A DNA stretch of 63,703 nucleotides, filler included, from Bigelowiella natans CCMP2755 (Eukaryota; Protista; Cercozoa): NCBI GenBank assembly GCA_000320545.1. It is 6 parts of 6 records of this genome, joined end to end, with 100 filler letters (N's around TTAATTAATTAA, not from the genome) between each part and the next. Parts side by side here need not be neighbours in the genome. Positions count along the whole stretch, not along the records: positions 11,214 to 18,127 come from ADNK01000840.1; positions 18,228 to 35,505 come from ADNK01002624.1; 4 more parts are not named here. One strand, given 5' to 3'. The notes below the pieces were generated by a model. The model did not search any database. It was not told the origin of the DNA and saw only the letters and a list, made by a program, of their open reading frames with translations. The position numbers and the translations under genes were made by a program. How positions within the stretch are numbered: position 1 is the first letter of the stretch; the number at the start of each line of letters is the position of its first letter. Below are positions 12,768-31,309 of the stretch, one piece after another.

Positions 12768-13524
12768 AGAGCGATCAAGGCGATTTTCACTCACACCTAT
12801 AGTTAGAAGGCATATAATTACAAAGTGCTCCAGCAGCTGTACTATATATACGATTTGGTTGCGGGGTCTCCATTTTATTTATATCTGCTATCGATCTTGT
12901 CACCATGTGTGCATATAGTCATCATCATCGATCGTGAACAAGTAACAAGGCGGAAGCGTTATCGTTGTGCAAAGCACCTCCACTACTGCGAATGCCGCGC
13001 GCACAGAAACACAGGGTGCGCCGACGGGCCAGCGCGCACGCCAAATTTGTAACATGTGAAAATTCCCCGGCCGGCTTTGTGTTGTTACACGCACGCGTGT
13101 GAAGGCTCGCACATATCCATGATTGTAATTGCTTACACTACACATGCACATAATTCGATTATCGTGCATGGTAGCTTGATCTGGTAGCGCACCACAAACG
13201 TAGCTCTCTCGGTTGGCGTATCGCATCGTAAGTTCCGCACGTGCTTTCGCATACATGCTAGCGCGCTGGTGGGCCTACTACATTGGGTCATTGCGTGTAT
13301 GAGCATGGCCACCGCATTGCTTGGACATAACTATGTACGCTATGTGTTACTTTGGTTTATCTTCCTTTTTTTCATCGTCAATATTTTAATAAAATAAGGA
13401 TCTTTTCTCCATCATCCTATCTTTCATCATAAATTCTATCGCTTATTATTAGTTTTATAATCATCATCATGATCACAATCCTCCCTCAACCAACTATTAT
13501 TTGACGACGGTTACTCCGTCTACT

Positions 13525-13555
<31 letters not shown>

Positions 13556-13614
13556 CACAGCTTCTACCACCATCGGTGCCTCAACACCACTACCCCCACC
13601 TCTACTTTACATAA

Positions 13615-14860
13615 TTACTTCTTATATGCTCCGGGGAACATAATCGGCCCCAGGGTGGCTCTAAGCTTATCCAGCATGAAGACTGCGCACACCATTCGCC
13701 CGTAACGGAATGTTGCTCCCCGGTAGAAAGCGGTGATTCCACTGAGGTGAGTAGGAGACGGAGAACACAAGAAAAGGAGGAAGAAGGAGACGACGACGAA
13801 GGAGTAGACCGATCACAACATGACAATTACAACAAGACAGCAGCCTCATCATTTAAATAAATGCACGTCTCATATGACAGTCGTCACATGTTTTCTCCGT
13901 CCTCAGATCTCTCGGTGCGCTACTCACCCTTCTTTATGGAGCGCCTTGAATGTCTGCGTGAACGTGCCGAAGGTCTTCCTCTCGACGTCGCCTGCATCGC
14001 ATCAGATAGACCAGGACGCTTTTCATAGAGAATCGAGAAAAGGACACATCCGCCATCGCACATTTTACAGCATTGGCACCGTAACAAGTCGCACACACCA
14101 AACTCTCTAGGACAAATGCAAATCGGCAGCAACCCGCAATACTTGGGAAGATTGAACGGTATACGACACGCGCGCACGCTCATATGGGGACCTACCTTGC
14201 ATGCAGGTTTTGATCGTGTCAAACGGTTGAGTGAGGTAGCAAGCGAACAGCGCCCCCGTTAGTGATGCAGGGATGCGCGCCTTGTCGTCCTGAGGAACAC
14301 CCCATCAACTTCATCACCCCCGACACACGCACGAAGATGAATGGGAGGCTGCTGGATACGAGGGGCGCTGGGATCGATAGTTGCGGAGAAACGCAGCAGC
14401 AGTGGCAGCAAAGAATACCGAAATTGTTTGTCACTAGTACCGAGTTGAACGTCTCCGGCATCTTTGTTCTCATGAAGTTACGAACGATTGGCGGTATGGA
14501 AAGGTACCCCACCGTCCACAGCCTGCCGACAACAGCGATGTCAATGACAATGACGAGGAGCAACAGAAAGCTACCAACAACACCACTTGTACACTGTCGC
14601 CACATGCGGTCGTCTTGGCGTGTATCGTCATGTACGATCACCACCATTGTATTACACTCCATGTTGTTTAGTGGCCGAGGGGGGGGGGGGGGGGATGCAA
14701 TCATAATTGCTAGATCGAGTTGCTTCTCACCCTTCTCTGACAGCAGTCCCGAGGAAACCGCGAGTGATGTTCATGTTCATCAGCGAACTGAAAGAGGAGG
14801 TGGGTAAGGAAGAATGGACACAATGTCACTTCGCATAGGCGCGTACTCCGTTCTTGAAAA

Positions 14861-14900
<40 letters not shown>

Positions 14901-15071
14901 CTTTATCTAGTCACGATTAGATATGCATACAAGAACGTAGAAAAGATGCCAGTCCCCTTCCTCTGTTGCTGGATCATCACTAGTTCCAATGGACTTCCTA
15001 CGAGCTGTAGGGGGTGGGGGAGAGGCATACGCAAACACTCAAACGAAAAACCTGGAAATCCATCCATCATC

Positions 15072-15108
<37 letters not shown>

Positions 15109-16027
15109 GTGTGTGTGGTCGTTTCACGTTGTATACATGACGTGTGTATGATTTTTCCAGGTGTATTTGAGTTATCCGTATGCTTGAACATGCGTCTTTC
15201 TTCTTCTTCTTCTTCGTCTTCTTCGTTGCTCAGTGGCGTTTCAGTTCATTTATTCAATCTCCTTATTCCTTACCGCAGACAGCATTCCAGCCGCGAGTCC
15301 CGAGGACATCTCCTCTGCAATCTGAATAGAGAAGAGGGGCGGAGGGTAGAAGATGGACGATCGAAGCAAGTCATACAGCGGTCGTTGTGGCTTCAGGTTT
15401 AGAATATCTTGAAATTACAGAAATAGCAAATAATGCCTGCGCGTTACACCGTCGTATAGTAGCGGACACAGTACCGTGAGAGAGCGCTTCTCTCCGCCCG
15501 TCACCATGTTCTTAATTTTCCCTCCCGCAATAAACTACCGTGCAAAAGGAGGAGGACCAGCAAGAAGCACACCGATGAAGAATTTGTCACAACACGAGGA
15601 AATCGATCGATAGCAATGGCAATAAATAGATAGTTAGACACGTGATAGACGAGCAGGCTTAGCAATTACCTGAAGCATAGTGCAAGAGCCCATGTTGACA
15701 CAGTTCGGAGCCAGCCCACGGTAGAGATACCTTGGATTCAGGGTGAGCGGCAACCCTGAAACACAAGATGGCGGAAGATGAGTGGCGTCCTTCCCTCGCT
15801 TCGTTCTTCGTTAGGAGTTAACTCACCCTGCTGGGCAGCATTTTTCCAGTAGTTCATGGGCTGCAGCGCGATAACCTCGATCACACCAGATGTCATACCT
15901 GTGGGAAAAATAGTTAGGTTTCCTTCCCCCCCCCCCCACACTTCCCTGCCAACCACCACCGGGTTCAAAAAGGATAACCACCCTCACCTAGAACGGCATT
16001 CTGCAGCTCGCTGAGTTCCTGAGACAT
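13615..16027 (-). CDS. Mitochondrial carrier family (SLC25) protein
   Basis: Three carrier repeats with Px[DE]xx[KR]-like motifs (QPMNYWKN, SPLELVMIQQQ, QPFDTIKTCMQ) and the second motifs LYRGL, RGFLG and FYRGA. Confidence 0.92.
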
Positions 16028-16340
16028 GGTGCTATGTTTGATCGAGGCGGATTTGCCAAGTCTGGGTCTGAAGGGGGGGGGTTTGAGCTTCGTGCTCAGT
16101 AGCCGATAGGCGGGAGGAAGACGCAGGAGAAAGAACTCCTTCGTTCGGATAAATTTACCGCAGCTTTTCTTGTCGCACCCTATAAAACGATGTCTTTTTT
16201 CTCCGTGTTCATTCAGCACACGGGATGACCTTGACAGTGGCCAATTGACAGTGGCTGGCGCTAGTGGCGGTGCGAAGCCAACCCTTCTTTCCTCCTTGGT
16301 GGCTTGGTGGTCTTGCTGTTTGCGGAAGAAGTGGATGAGT

Positions 16341-16988
16341 AGGCACTCCTGATGATCCTTTCTGTTGCACCATTGGAACTGCTTCATTCATTCGTTCAAT
16401 CACAGATCATTCATCGCATGCATGGCGTGTCAGCAGTGCACACTGCCAGACTGCATCGTTCATCACGCACTTCACTCGTTCGCTCACGCAGGCCTGCTGC
16501 CCTTCCATGAGAGAAAACCTGAAATCACCACTTTGGACGCCTGCTTCAAACGCAACACAGCGCAGGTGTCAATGACCTTTCGTGGGTGACCTGAACTTTG
16601 ACCTGCGATGCACTTCCGGGATCCCAGTGTTTGATTTTCAAATCTTCGAAGACAAAGATCAGTCAAGGAACCAAGCACGGACGTTGCAATGTGCAACTTG
16701 CGTTTTTTGATGGCTGCCGGGTTGTGGCAATTTCAATGGGATGCTTTGACCGCTGATTCCAACGTCATCAGCAGGTCGATCAGCACACTGCGCGAGTGTG
16801 CGGCAACTGCAAGAACGATGCTGCGCAAAGTCATGGCAGGGGCATCAAACAGTGAGCCACAACACAGGAGCCCTTTGTTGCGAAGAGTCGTTGATCGACA
16901 ACAAAGATGAAAAGAGCATGTTGTTCAAATGACGTGCAAGCAGCTGGGGGCACATTGTCAGAAGCATGAAAACACGCACAATGAATGT
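16341..16988. repeat. TpA-free intergenic tract (probable hypermutated repeat or TE relic)
   Basis: Manual scan found no TA dinucleotide in about 650 nt of mixed-composition sequence. Depletion continues to about 17360. Confidence 0.8.
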
Positions 16989-17692
16989 ACGCACACATGA
17001 CACGTTTCCAGCATTTGCTTGAACGTTTTTTTTGTCATTGAGGACACACTTGGATGTTGCGGACACTGACTTGTTAGTCGATGTCATCGACATTTGTGGC
17101 GACTGCGTGACAACATGACTTGCGTTCTCACGGACTGAACCAAAAGATCAAAACACCCATCACGACACATGTTCGGTTCTGCTAGTTGACCAACGCGAAC
17201 ATGCAAGAATGAGTCCCATCAATGCAAGCCTCTCAATGTTGATCCACTGGCAGAAACACTTGTTCCCAGTCTTCCTCTTTGCACTCTTGGCATTGAACTC
17301 ACCATTGCAATGCATAGCAACTGCCAGCAGTTGAACAGTTCAAGATTTTGTCGGTCACCTAGTGTGCCTGTCATCATGCGATGCGTAGCATGAACTGCTA
17401 GCACATGTGAGGCGTTCCTACAGCGCACAGAGTGAAACATCGCAGCGGTTATCTATCGATCTAGTGATGAAATGTCTGCCATGAGAATTTGCTGTTGCAT
17501 GGAAATACGTTGCGGTGGTCTGGCACGTTTCGGAGCACGCACTAAGCACAACCTTGCAAATTACAAGGCAGCGTAATTTCTATTAGCAGCTACCTATCGA
17601 TCTACCTCCCTGTGATACCTTGACAGAAGAATTACAAGCGAATAGAAAGCAGCACTCACAGGCGATGTCGTACTAGAATGCTATGCTCGTAG

Positions 17693-17824
17693 TCATCATA
17701 GTGAAATGGAATACACCTTGAAATAGTCCTGTTGCAAAAATTGACAGTCCTTTAATTGTGCTCATATAATTCTATAAAGCTACACGCAAAAACGCACGCA
17801 TATACTTGCACACACGTAATTATA

Positions 17825-17869
<45 letters not shown>

Positions 17870-17996
17870 ATATGTGTGTGTGTGTGTATGCGTGCGTTTT
17901 TGCGTGTAGCGTGTGAGAGTGTTATGGGCGCAATTTAAGGACTGTGATTTTTTGACACAGGGGAGTGTGTGTGTGTGTTTCATTTCACTATGATGA
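17693..17996. repeat. ~300-bp imperfect fold-back inverted repeat centred on (TA)n
   Basis: Arms: tcatcatagtgaaatg / catttcactatgatga; cctgttgcaaaaattgacagtcc / ggactgtgattttttgacacagg; exact 24-mer gctacacgcaaaaacgcacgcata / tatgcgtgcgtttttgcgtgtagc. Confidence 0.85.
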
Positions 17997-18127
17997 GAGG
18001 TGGGCTATCTCTCTCTAGCGAGAGAGCGTGTGAGTGTAGCGTGCCAGAGCGCGCGAGTGTGTGTGTGTATGTGTGTGCGAGAGATATATCTATCTATGTG
18101 TGTGTGAGAGATATATATATATATCTC

Positions 18128-18227
18128 NNNNNNNNNNNNNNNNNNNNNNNNNNNNNNNNNNNNNNNNNNNNTTAATTAATTAANNNNNNNNNNNNNNNNN
18201 NNNNNNNNNNNNNNNNNNNNNNNNNNN
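18128..18227. other. Artificial contig linker
   Basis: N44-TTAATTAATTAA-N44. Confidence 0.97.
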
Positions 18228-18322
18228 TCGATGATGCGTGCTCTCGTTTTCATTCATCCATCATCATACCACAGATAATTCGTACCCCCGATGAGTGTCC
18301 CGATGCTCATTCCGTGCCGTCA

Positions 18323-18394
18323 CCGTAACCCTGACCCTAACCCTAACCCTAACCCTAACCCTAACCCTAACCCTAACCCTAACCCTAACCCTCA
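18323..18394 (+). repeat. Interstitial telomeric repeat (CCCTAA)9 with degenerate flanking units
   Basis: Nine perfect CCCTAA at 18335-18388, flanked by CCGTAA, CCCTGA and CCCTCA. Confidence 0.9.
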
Positions 18395-18404
18395 TCCCAG
18401 TGTT

Positions 18405-18776
18405 GACCCAAAACCCTCACCACTTTCTGTGACTTTGGTCCTCACTTTTGTCCTGAAAAAAACCCTGGTCGGTTTTTGCGACCAGTTTTCCTCACTTTGT
18501 CACTCGTTTCGATCGTCACTTTGGTCATCACTTTGGTCGTGGCCCAGGAGAAAACCCTGACCCCAACCCTGGTCCAAACTCCTCACCAAAAACCGTGACT
18601 CTGACCCTCATCTTGGCCCTGACCCAATGCCCTCACCACTTTCCGTGACTTTGGTCCTCACTTTTGCCCTGAGAAAAGCCCTGGTCGATTTTGGCGACCA
18701 GTTTCCTTGACTTTGAACCCATCTTCGACCGTCACTTTGGTCGTCACTTTGGTCGTGGCCCAGGAGAAAACCCTGA
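18405..18776 (+). repeat. Tandem 216-bp-period satellite with telomere-derived hexamers, inside a TpA-free tract
   Basis: ccctcaccacttt..ggtcgtggcccaggagaaaaccctga occurs at 18414 and again at 18630. Confidence 0.85.
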
Positions 18777-19418
18777 TCCCACAAAAAATTGTCAAAAAAC
18801 ATCGTTTGATTTTTGAGACAGCTCACTTTTTGTGTCGATGTTTTTGGCGTTTTGGCAGGCTGTGACTTGGACCCGCGGCCTGATCTGTTGCCTGTGGCAG
18901 CAACGTTTGAATGCAAGTTTGCTGCGCAATTTTTGGTGAAACAACAATGATTTGGCGAAAAGCTCGCGTGTGCTGAAAGTTGGAGGCAATGCAAATTGCC
19001 ACATGAGGAATGAAAATGACATTGATGAACGGTGTGAGGCGCATTTGAATTGCCTGACGACTGTTCCAAAAAAAGGTTTTGAGTGCAGTTTTGTGCCATG
19101 AAAATTGTGTCCATTTGCTGTTTGTTTTGATTGTGCGTGCGCACTTTCATCAAAGCTTTGCTGGCTACATCACGTCACAAAACCATCCATGTGCGCAGTT
19201 CAACAGTTCTCGCATCATGCACAAGATGTTTTTTTGGCACCTCGTGGGTTGAGCGGAGTTCTGTTGCAACGTGAATGTTTGTCGTCTAGCTCATGCAATG
19301 CACACACGTGCATGCTAGCATGGGTTGCACAACAGTTTGCCCGGTTAGGCAGCAATTGGAAATACGCTCGTCAGACTGATTGGCACTACTGACATGTTGC
19401 TCATGTAGCCACACGGCA

Positions 19419-24090
<4,672 letters not shown>

Positions 24091-25115
24091 GCCCACATTC
24101 AACTCAGACTACAGGGAAAGGGCCGCCATTGTTAATTCTGTTAACCACAGGGATTTGTCAAAATTATGATGAAATGAAGGGGATTTGTTGCTAAATTCAA
24201 TTTCGGATGTGAAGATTCATCTAAAAAGCATTTCATGGAAAATTCTGTACCTTGCGACATCGATCTTGTAGCCAGACTCGATCGGATTGTCCTGCATTCC
24301 CGATCAGAATTCCCGATCAGAAATACGCGCGGTCGCCTTGGTAGCCTTGGGATGGTGTACAGGTAAAGATTCAAGCCTGAAACATCTATAACTTTGAGGA
24401 ATATTAAGCATCCCAAGGTGTCTTCGTCCACTGATCAATAAACGATCAGCAACAAATAAATGAAGTAATCAGAAGTAAAATAACTAAAAAAAATAATGAA
24501 AATGATAACAACATTGATGGTAACAACATTGTTGATCAACACTTTTTAGCTCCGAGGACGGAGGGAGCAACTCACCCGCCCCCTGTTCTTACGACCACAA
24601 CCACCACCACCCATCACTAACCATCACTATCCATCACCACCCATCACCGCCACACATCACCAGCAGCAGCATCAGCCGTTGTGTTACCACCACCCAATCT
24701 TCATACACTCCATCTGCATTGAGTTCATCGTGGTTCAGCGGGAGATAAGAAGACGAAGGTAAGACAAAGCAGGGAGGAGGACCCTAATTAAGACTTCATC
24801 ATCATCATCATCATTATCATTCTGTGCTTAGCATACTCTTATAATCACTTCCAACAGCATGATTGATCTCATTGAGCATACTCATATCATCATCACTTCC
24901 CGAATAGCATGATGATCTCATTAGCCAAACTCTAGAGCTGCTGCCTGTGTGAATATGATGACACACCAGCAGCAAACTGTAAGTAGTAGTATCACAAAGC
25001 AAAGCAAGACCAAGGTTGAACAATTTAGGCTGCTGCTGCTGCTGTTGCCGCATAATCAATCTCTGCTGTTACCTGCCCATCGACAAGGCCGCTGCTGTAG
25101 TAGAGGTAATAGTAA

Positions 25116-25150
<35 letters not shown>

Positions 25151-25234
25151 ACACTGGTATTACGTGGTGCCATTGACTCGCCATCGTCATTATCATCATC
25201 ATCATCATCGTCATGACATTTTCTTCTTCTTTAG

Positions 25235-26430
25235 ATGGAGACGGAGTATTCGCGTGATGTCACGAAAGCAGTCGAAAATAGGAATCGTAATAGGCTCCGG
25301 TGCTTACTGAGAGGTGCTAAATTATTTTTTCGATATTGTTCCCACTTTTGATGTGTGCTATCTATCATGATGAACGATGTACAAATCTGTTCTTACTATT
25401 ACTATCAACCTACTTCTAGATTTCGAACAAAATAATCGGGATACTAGCGAGTTAAATGCCGCAATTACGAAAGCTTGCGAGCTCGGATGCCTTGAAGTAT
25501 GACGACCATGTTAGGGGGGGAAGGGGGATGCATTATCTAATGATTATAAACAACCATCAGCTGAGGTGTAGTTAGTACTAAGCCACAAGAACAAATGGCC
25601 GAAAACAGAGTTGATATCATTTTGATTAGGAATTAAGAAAAAAATATTTACTGAATATTACAATATCGAAACTCAGTATTTGTGTGGACATTAATCATTC
25701 ATCTTACACCATTTTTAAAATGAATTGTTGGCGAGAAGGCTGCACGATTACTTCTGGAAAAAGGGGCATCTATGAACGAGTTTGACACAGATGGATGGCC
25801 TTCCTGGCATTGGACGATAGATATTGAGCAATCTGCCACGAGAGCTACGATTAGAGACAGATTCAAGGTGATAGTATTCATTACGCTCAAGGAATAATCA
25901 AGATGATGATAATGATGATGGTAGTGCAATGTTGTATTATTGTGGATATAATGAGATTCAAAATAACCTTATTGTTACTATTATTATTCGGTAGTGTTGT
26001 GGCGCATTCATGTCCCCAATTCGCGCATCTACTATTCCCGGAGTCAATTGTGACGTTCAATCCTGTAGTGCTCCGATAAGATCGAATACTGATGCATACT
26101 TCTACCACTGCACAAGATGCTCTAAAGATGTATGCTACGAATGCTTGTGGAAGGTTGGAATTTTAATTAAAACTATGCCCCATTCACAACTATGCCCCAT
26201 TCACAATTTCCTTACTATGGAGGTGGTCATGTGCACACAATATATGATAATAAGAATGGGTGGTAAAGTCTTCTTACCTCGTTTCTTGTTCTCTTTTCCA
26301 AACTCCTCCTTCCTATCAGTTCCGCTGTGAAGAGAAGAAGAGTATTAGCAGAAATGATGATGGAGAGAGGATGGGTCTTGTTGCAAGAGAGATCATGATA
26401 GGTTTGTTGTGTTACTGTTATCATTGTTGT

Positions 26431-26462
<32 letters not shown>

Positions 26463-26485
26463 TGACACTGCAGCACATGATGAAA

Positions 26486-26522
<37 letters not shown>

Positions 26523-27101
26523 GAGGAGACGATGACGACTACGTGTGAAGCAGTACCGTCACACCCCATACATGAATAAACGATTGTACTTCGCTATCCT
26601 GTTGGCATGTGATAATAATAATCATTGTTGTCTCTCTCTATGTGTTATACTATTCTTCAGGATACCTCCTCTGCAAAGGCGCTAATATTGATGCTTGCGA
26701 CAAGGTAGTACTTGGTCTACTTCTGATAGTAACGATTGCCACACACGACCTACCTACCTACCTACCTACCTACCTACCTAAATACCTACCTAGAAATGAT
26801 AAAACACACCAACACAATCGATTGTGTAATATGTCAATACGACTAAAGAATCCACCAACACAATTTTCTTAATGAGTAAAACATTTTGTGCTGCTGGTGC
26901 TGCTGCAAATTTATACAGCACAGAAATAGATTATTCCCATCATCATCATCATCATCATCATCCATCCATCCATCCATTTATCATTTGTACACTTATTGTA
27001 GAAAGAGAAAAATAGCGCTTTGCTCTGGGCTGTTAATCGTTCACAACCCGAAACAGTTTGGCTGTTGTTACATCATGGTATTTACTGCTACTATTACAAA
27101 G

Positions 27102-27154
<53 letters not shown>

Positions 27155-27249
27155 AAAAGAAAACAAACACCAATGGAGATTAAGTGGATGATAGATAGCA
27201 GCACATGGATGATGCATGATGTTGAAAGCAAGCAAGGTGACATAAAGTA

Positions 27250-27290
<41 letters not shown>

Positions 27291-27468
27291 GGTATTGACC
27301 CGACTTTAAAGAATGTTAAAGGGCAGCATGCAATGGATCCAGCACTTTATAGAAAGAACCCCCAGGTACTACTGCTACTACTACTTCTTCTTCTTCTACT
27401 ACTACTACTACGTGCGTAACGTATACGAGTTGAGTATTCTTCCACAGTAACCACAGATAGAATCACTG

Positions 27469-27515
<47 letters not shown>

Positions 27516-27782
27516 GATATAATACAACCCCAATGTATACTACTACAGGGTATGGTGTCTCTATATTATTGATATTAATAATAATACAAGTTGTATACTA
27601 CTACAGGGTATGGGATCTCTCGTTTTCTGTTGTACAATGCGTGAATACTTCAAGCGAAGCGACATGGATGCTATCAACAGAACAAGAGAAACTCTAAATA
27701 AAACAATGCCAAAACTTATCGAGATGAGTGACGACGACAAGGCTTTGGGTACTATTATTACTACTATTTGATAGAATACTTG

Positions 27783-27821
<39 letters not shown>

Positions 27822-28660
27822 GAATCATCATAATCACAATCATTTTATCAAAAACTGTCACCATAAGTCAACAACAATCACAACTATGTTACCACCACTA
27901 CCCACTACCTTCGCCTTAGGACGTCTTTGGCCAGCAGAATGTGGCAAGATTCTTCTTGAGATCATGAATATCAACAACAAGAAGCAAAGGCAGCAGCAGC
28001 ACCCACTTTTCATAAATAGTGTATTGTAACAGTGAGCATTCATCTTGTTGGTTTATACTACTATCTGATAAGAAAGAATATGCTCAGTATTGATCATCTT
28101 TGTATTATGATGGATAGTAGTTTTACTACTATCAATTGCTGCTTTGTTTCTCGACAATGACCGACTATGAATGACTTTAACATATTATTTTCTCGACAAT
28201 GACCGACTATGAATGACTTTAACATATTATTATTCTAAATTCTATTATGATAGAATTAAGTACTCACACCTCCTCCTATTCCTTCTCCTTGCAGATTATT
28301 GTACCTTAATGAGTTTGAGAAGATATTCTGGCCACCGCAAGTAGTTGAGATGTGATGATGCATGAACGTGTGATGCTATCAGTTAGTGGATATGGTGATG
28401 GATATGATTACCTACGTACTTACACGATATATGTCAACAACATATCAATCATAATTATCAGACTAGACAAAGAGGGACCAATCAAGCAAAGCAGGATTAT
28501 GAAACAGCAAGAAGTGATGATGAAGACGACGACGATGACCACATATATCATAAATAACAACTATTTTATTGATTCATTCACTCTGGTGGTGATGCTACTT
28601 ATGTGAAGCTGTATCTCAAGATAAAGCATAAATCAGTAGAATCAGTAGATTGTTGACACA

Positions 28661-28699
<39 letters not shown>

Positions 28700-29428
28700 A
28701 CATTGGCGGATTACATTATTTTACATTTATATCTGATCTTTCTGTTTGCTGTCAGGTATAATGTTTTCTGCCTAGCCGAGGAGATGGGGTGACATTAACA
28801 CCTCTACATACGGCTGTTCAAATGGGGTAGTACCTATCAATCAATATCAATATCAATATCAATATCAATATCATGATGATGATGATGATGATGTTAATGG
28901 GAAAAGGTACATTGAGGAGACTAAAGCTCTTTTGAGGATGAAAGCTACAGTAGATGTTGTTGATTCAATCGAACAAGAAAAAGTACCTAATACTACTATT
29001 AACTACCTATTCAATAACTTACACTACGAATACTCTTTTAATCTTCATCATCCAATGACATCGTAGTTTATGTATGCATGATATATTATAAATTCTATAG
29101 AGTCAATTGACTCCTTTGATGGTGTGCTGTGGAGGCGAAGGTAATAATACCAACTATCAAGGAATAATAGAAAAGATGGATATGAAGAGGAGTAACAAAA
29201 GACTAACAGTAGTTGACAAAGAACAATAACAACATTAACAGAATGAACAACTGTTAACAACAGCAACAGCACACACGGCAAATAATCATGTATCAGGAGG
29301 GACAATTAACTGTGAAGAGCGTGAGTATTCTGTGAAAAAATTGGAGAAAATACACAGAAGTAGAAGGAAAGGTACTGATGCTGTTGCTACTACTACTATT
29401 ACTACTACTACTGTGGCATGCCTCATGG

Positions 29429-29464
<36 letters not shown>

Positions 29465-29519
29465 TTTAGTATTATTATAGATGTAGTTGATAATGATGAT
29501 GATGATGATACAAATGAAA

Positions 29520-29550
<31 letters not shown>

Positions 29551-30421
29551 TACATATATTAATATATTCATCTTGATAAGATCGAATCTCCCTTGTATGG
29601 AGATTTTCTCTTTTCCTTCACTTTCACTCTTTGCACTTGGTAGTAGTAGTAGTAGTAGTACTAGTAGTAGTAGAAGAAGTAACAACAACAATACACCCAA
29701 AAACGAAAACATAAGATGTTACCTGCATCATCCCCTCTCTTCTTTCTAAAATACAGTGTTTGTCGGATATTTGTATTGTGTGTTAGTTTTTGAAAATTTT
29801 CGCATGATAGCAAGATTGCTCATAAAGCACAAAGCTTGTTTCGGTATGGTTGATAAAACTGGAAACACTGCCCTTCATTGGCTGCTAAAATCTGGGTACT
29901 AGTAATAGTTGTAGTAGTTGTTATGAATGATAATTAATATCTATGCTTGTGGATATAGGGGATAGCATATAGGGGATAGCATAGTTATCAACGTTAATTA
30001 ATATCTATGCTCGTGGATATAGGGGATAGCATAGTAGTAACACTGAAAAAGTACCAACTAAAGCGAATAAATAAATATATTATAATGATAACGTGTAAAA
30101 AAAGTAACAATCGACGAGAGTCGCTAAGACGCCTCATATCAAAAACATATCAAATCGAGCAAAAATTAGTGTAGTTTACGGTATAATTATTCCAAATTGT
30201 ATTATCAATGTTAACTAATTCATTATACAAAATAATACTATCAATGTTAATTAATTCATTGAATACGAAATAATAATATGATTCCGTATGATCTCAGTGC
30301 TAATATTTGAATTATTATTGTTATTATTATTATTGTTATTTATTATACAAAATATGACAAATCCTCTATTTAATTCTTAGCCTTAATAAGAACAAACAGT
30401 GGCTCAAATTGTTATTTTCGC

Positions 30422-30454
<33 letters not shown>

Positions 30455-30679
30455 TTTAAATTGTCTTTTATTATTCTTGTTTCTCATGATGCTGCTGCTA
30501 CTGCTGTATATCTTCTTTCTTTCTCTGTCATTCATACCACTTCACAGGCGCTCGTCAGTCTTGAAGGAGTTCTGCAATTTGCACAAAGAAGGTGATTTCT
30601 ATTAGATGTTTGCTCCTCGATAATGATAGACTGGTATCATCATCATTATCATCATCATCATCATCATCATAATCATGCG

Positions 30680-30717
<38 letters not shown>

Positions 30718-31274
30718 CACTTTTGCTACTTCTTCTACTTCTACTACTACTATTACTACTACTACTACTATTACAATTGTATGTAGCACCAGAATGGATG
30801 GGTAGGAAAAATAATATCCATATTTTATACCGTTGTTGTTGTTGATCTATTGTTGTTGATCTATTTGCTGCATTAATCACTTAATCACATCAGATGATGG
30901 TGAAAAATAAACATCAATATTCTATACTTCATTCAACAGCAAAATAACATGTTAATCTATCTCTCTGCTGCTGATAATGACAATGATAGCGACGGTGATG
31001 CTGATGGTGATGAGAACGATTGAATATCAATAATAATAATAATAATTATTATTATCATTTGTATAAGGAATTATCGATATATCGGTTTGTGATCGAAACA
31101 ACAAGATGGGTTATAGGCCTATACATTACGCTGTGTTATTAGCACATAAGTCAAAGGTTGATTCATTCACGAAGTACTAGTAACATCATGGCGATCTATC
31201 TACCGAATATATGCTGCAGAACAAAACAAAGCAAAACCAAATTTAATGATGCTTTCAAAGCTATCTAACACTGT

Positions 31275-31309
<35 letters not shown>

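Noticed and set aside
16170-17093. Cys/His-rich ORFs in the TpA deserts (also 18608-19392) as metal-binding proteins
   Set aside because: TA-free DNA cannot contain TAA, TAG or Tyr codons, so long C/H-rich ORFs arise automatically.
18335-18388. True chromosome end
   Set aside because: There are only nine units, with non-telomeric sequence on the distal side.
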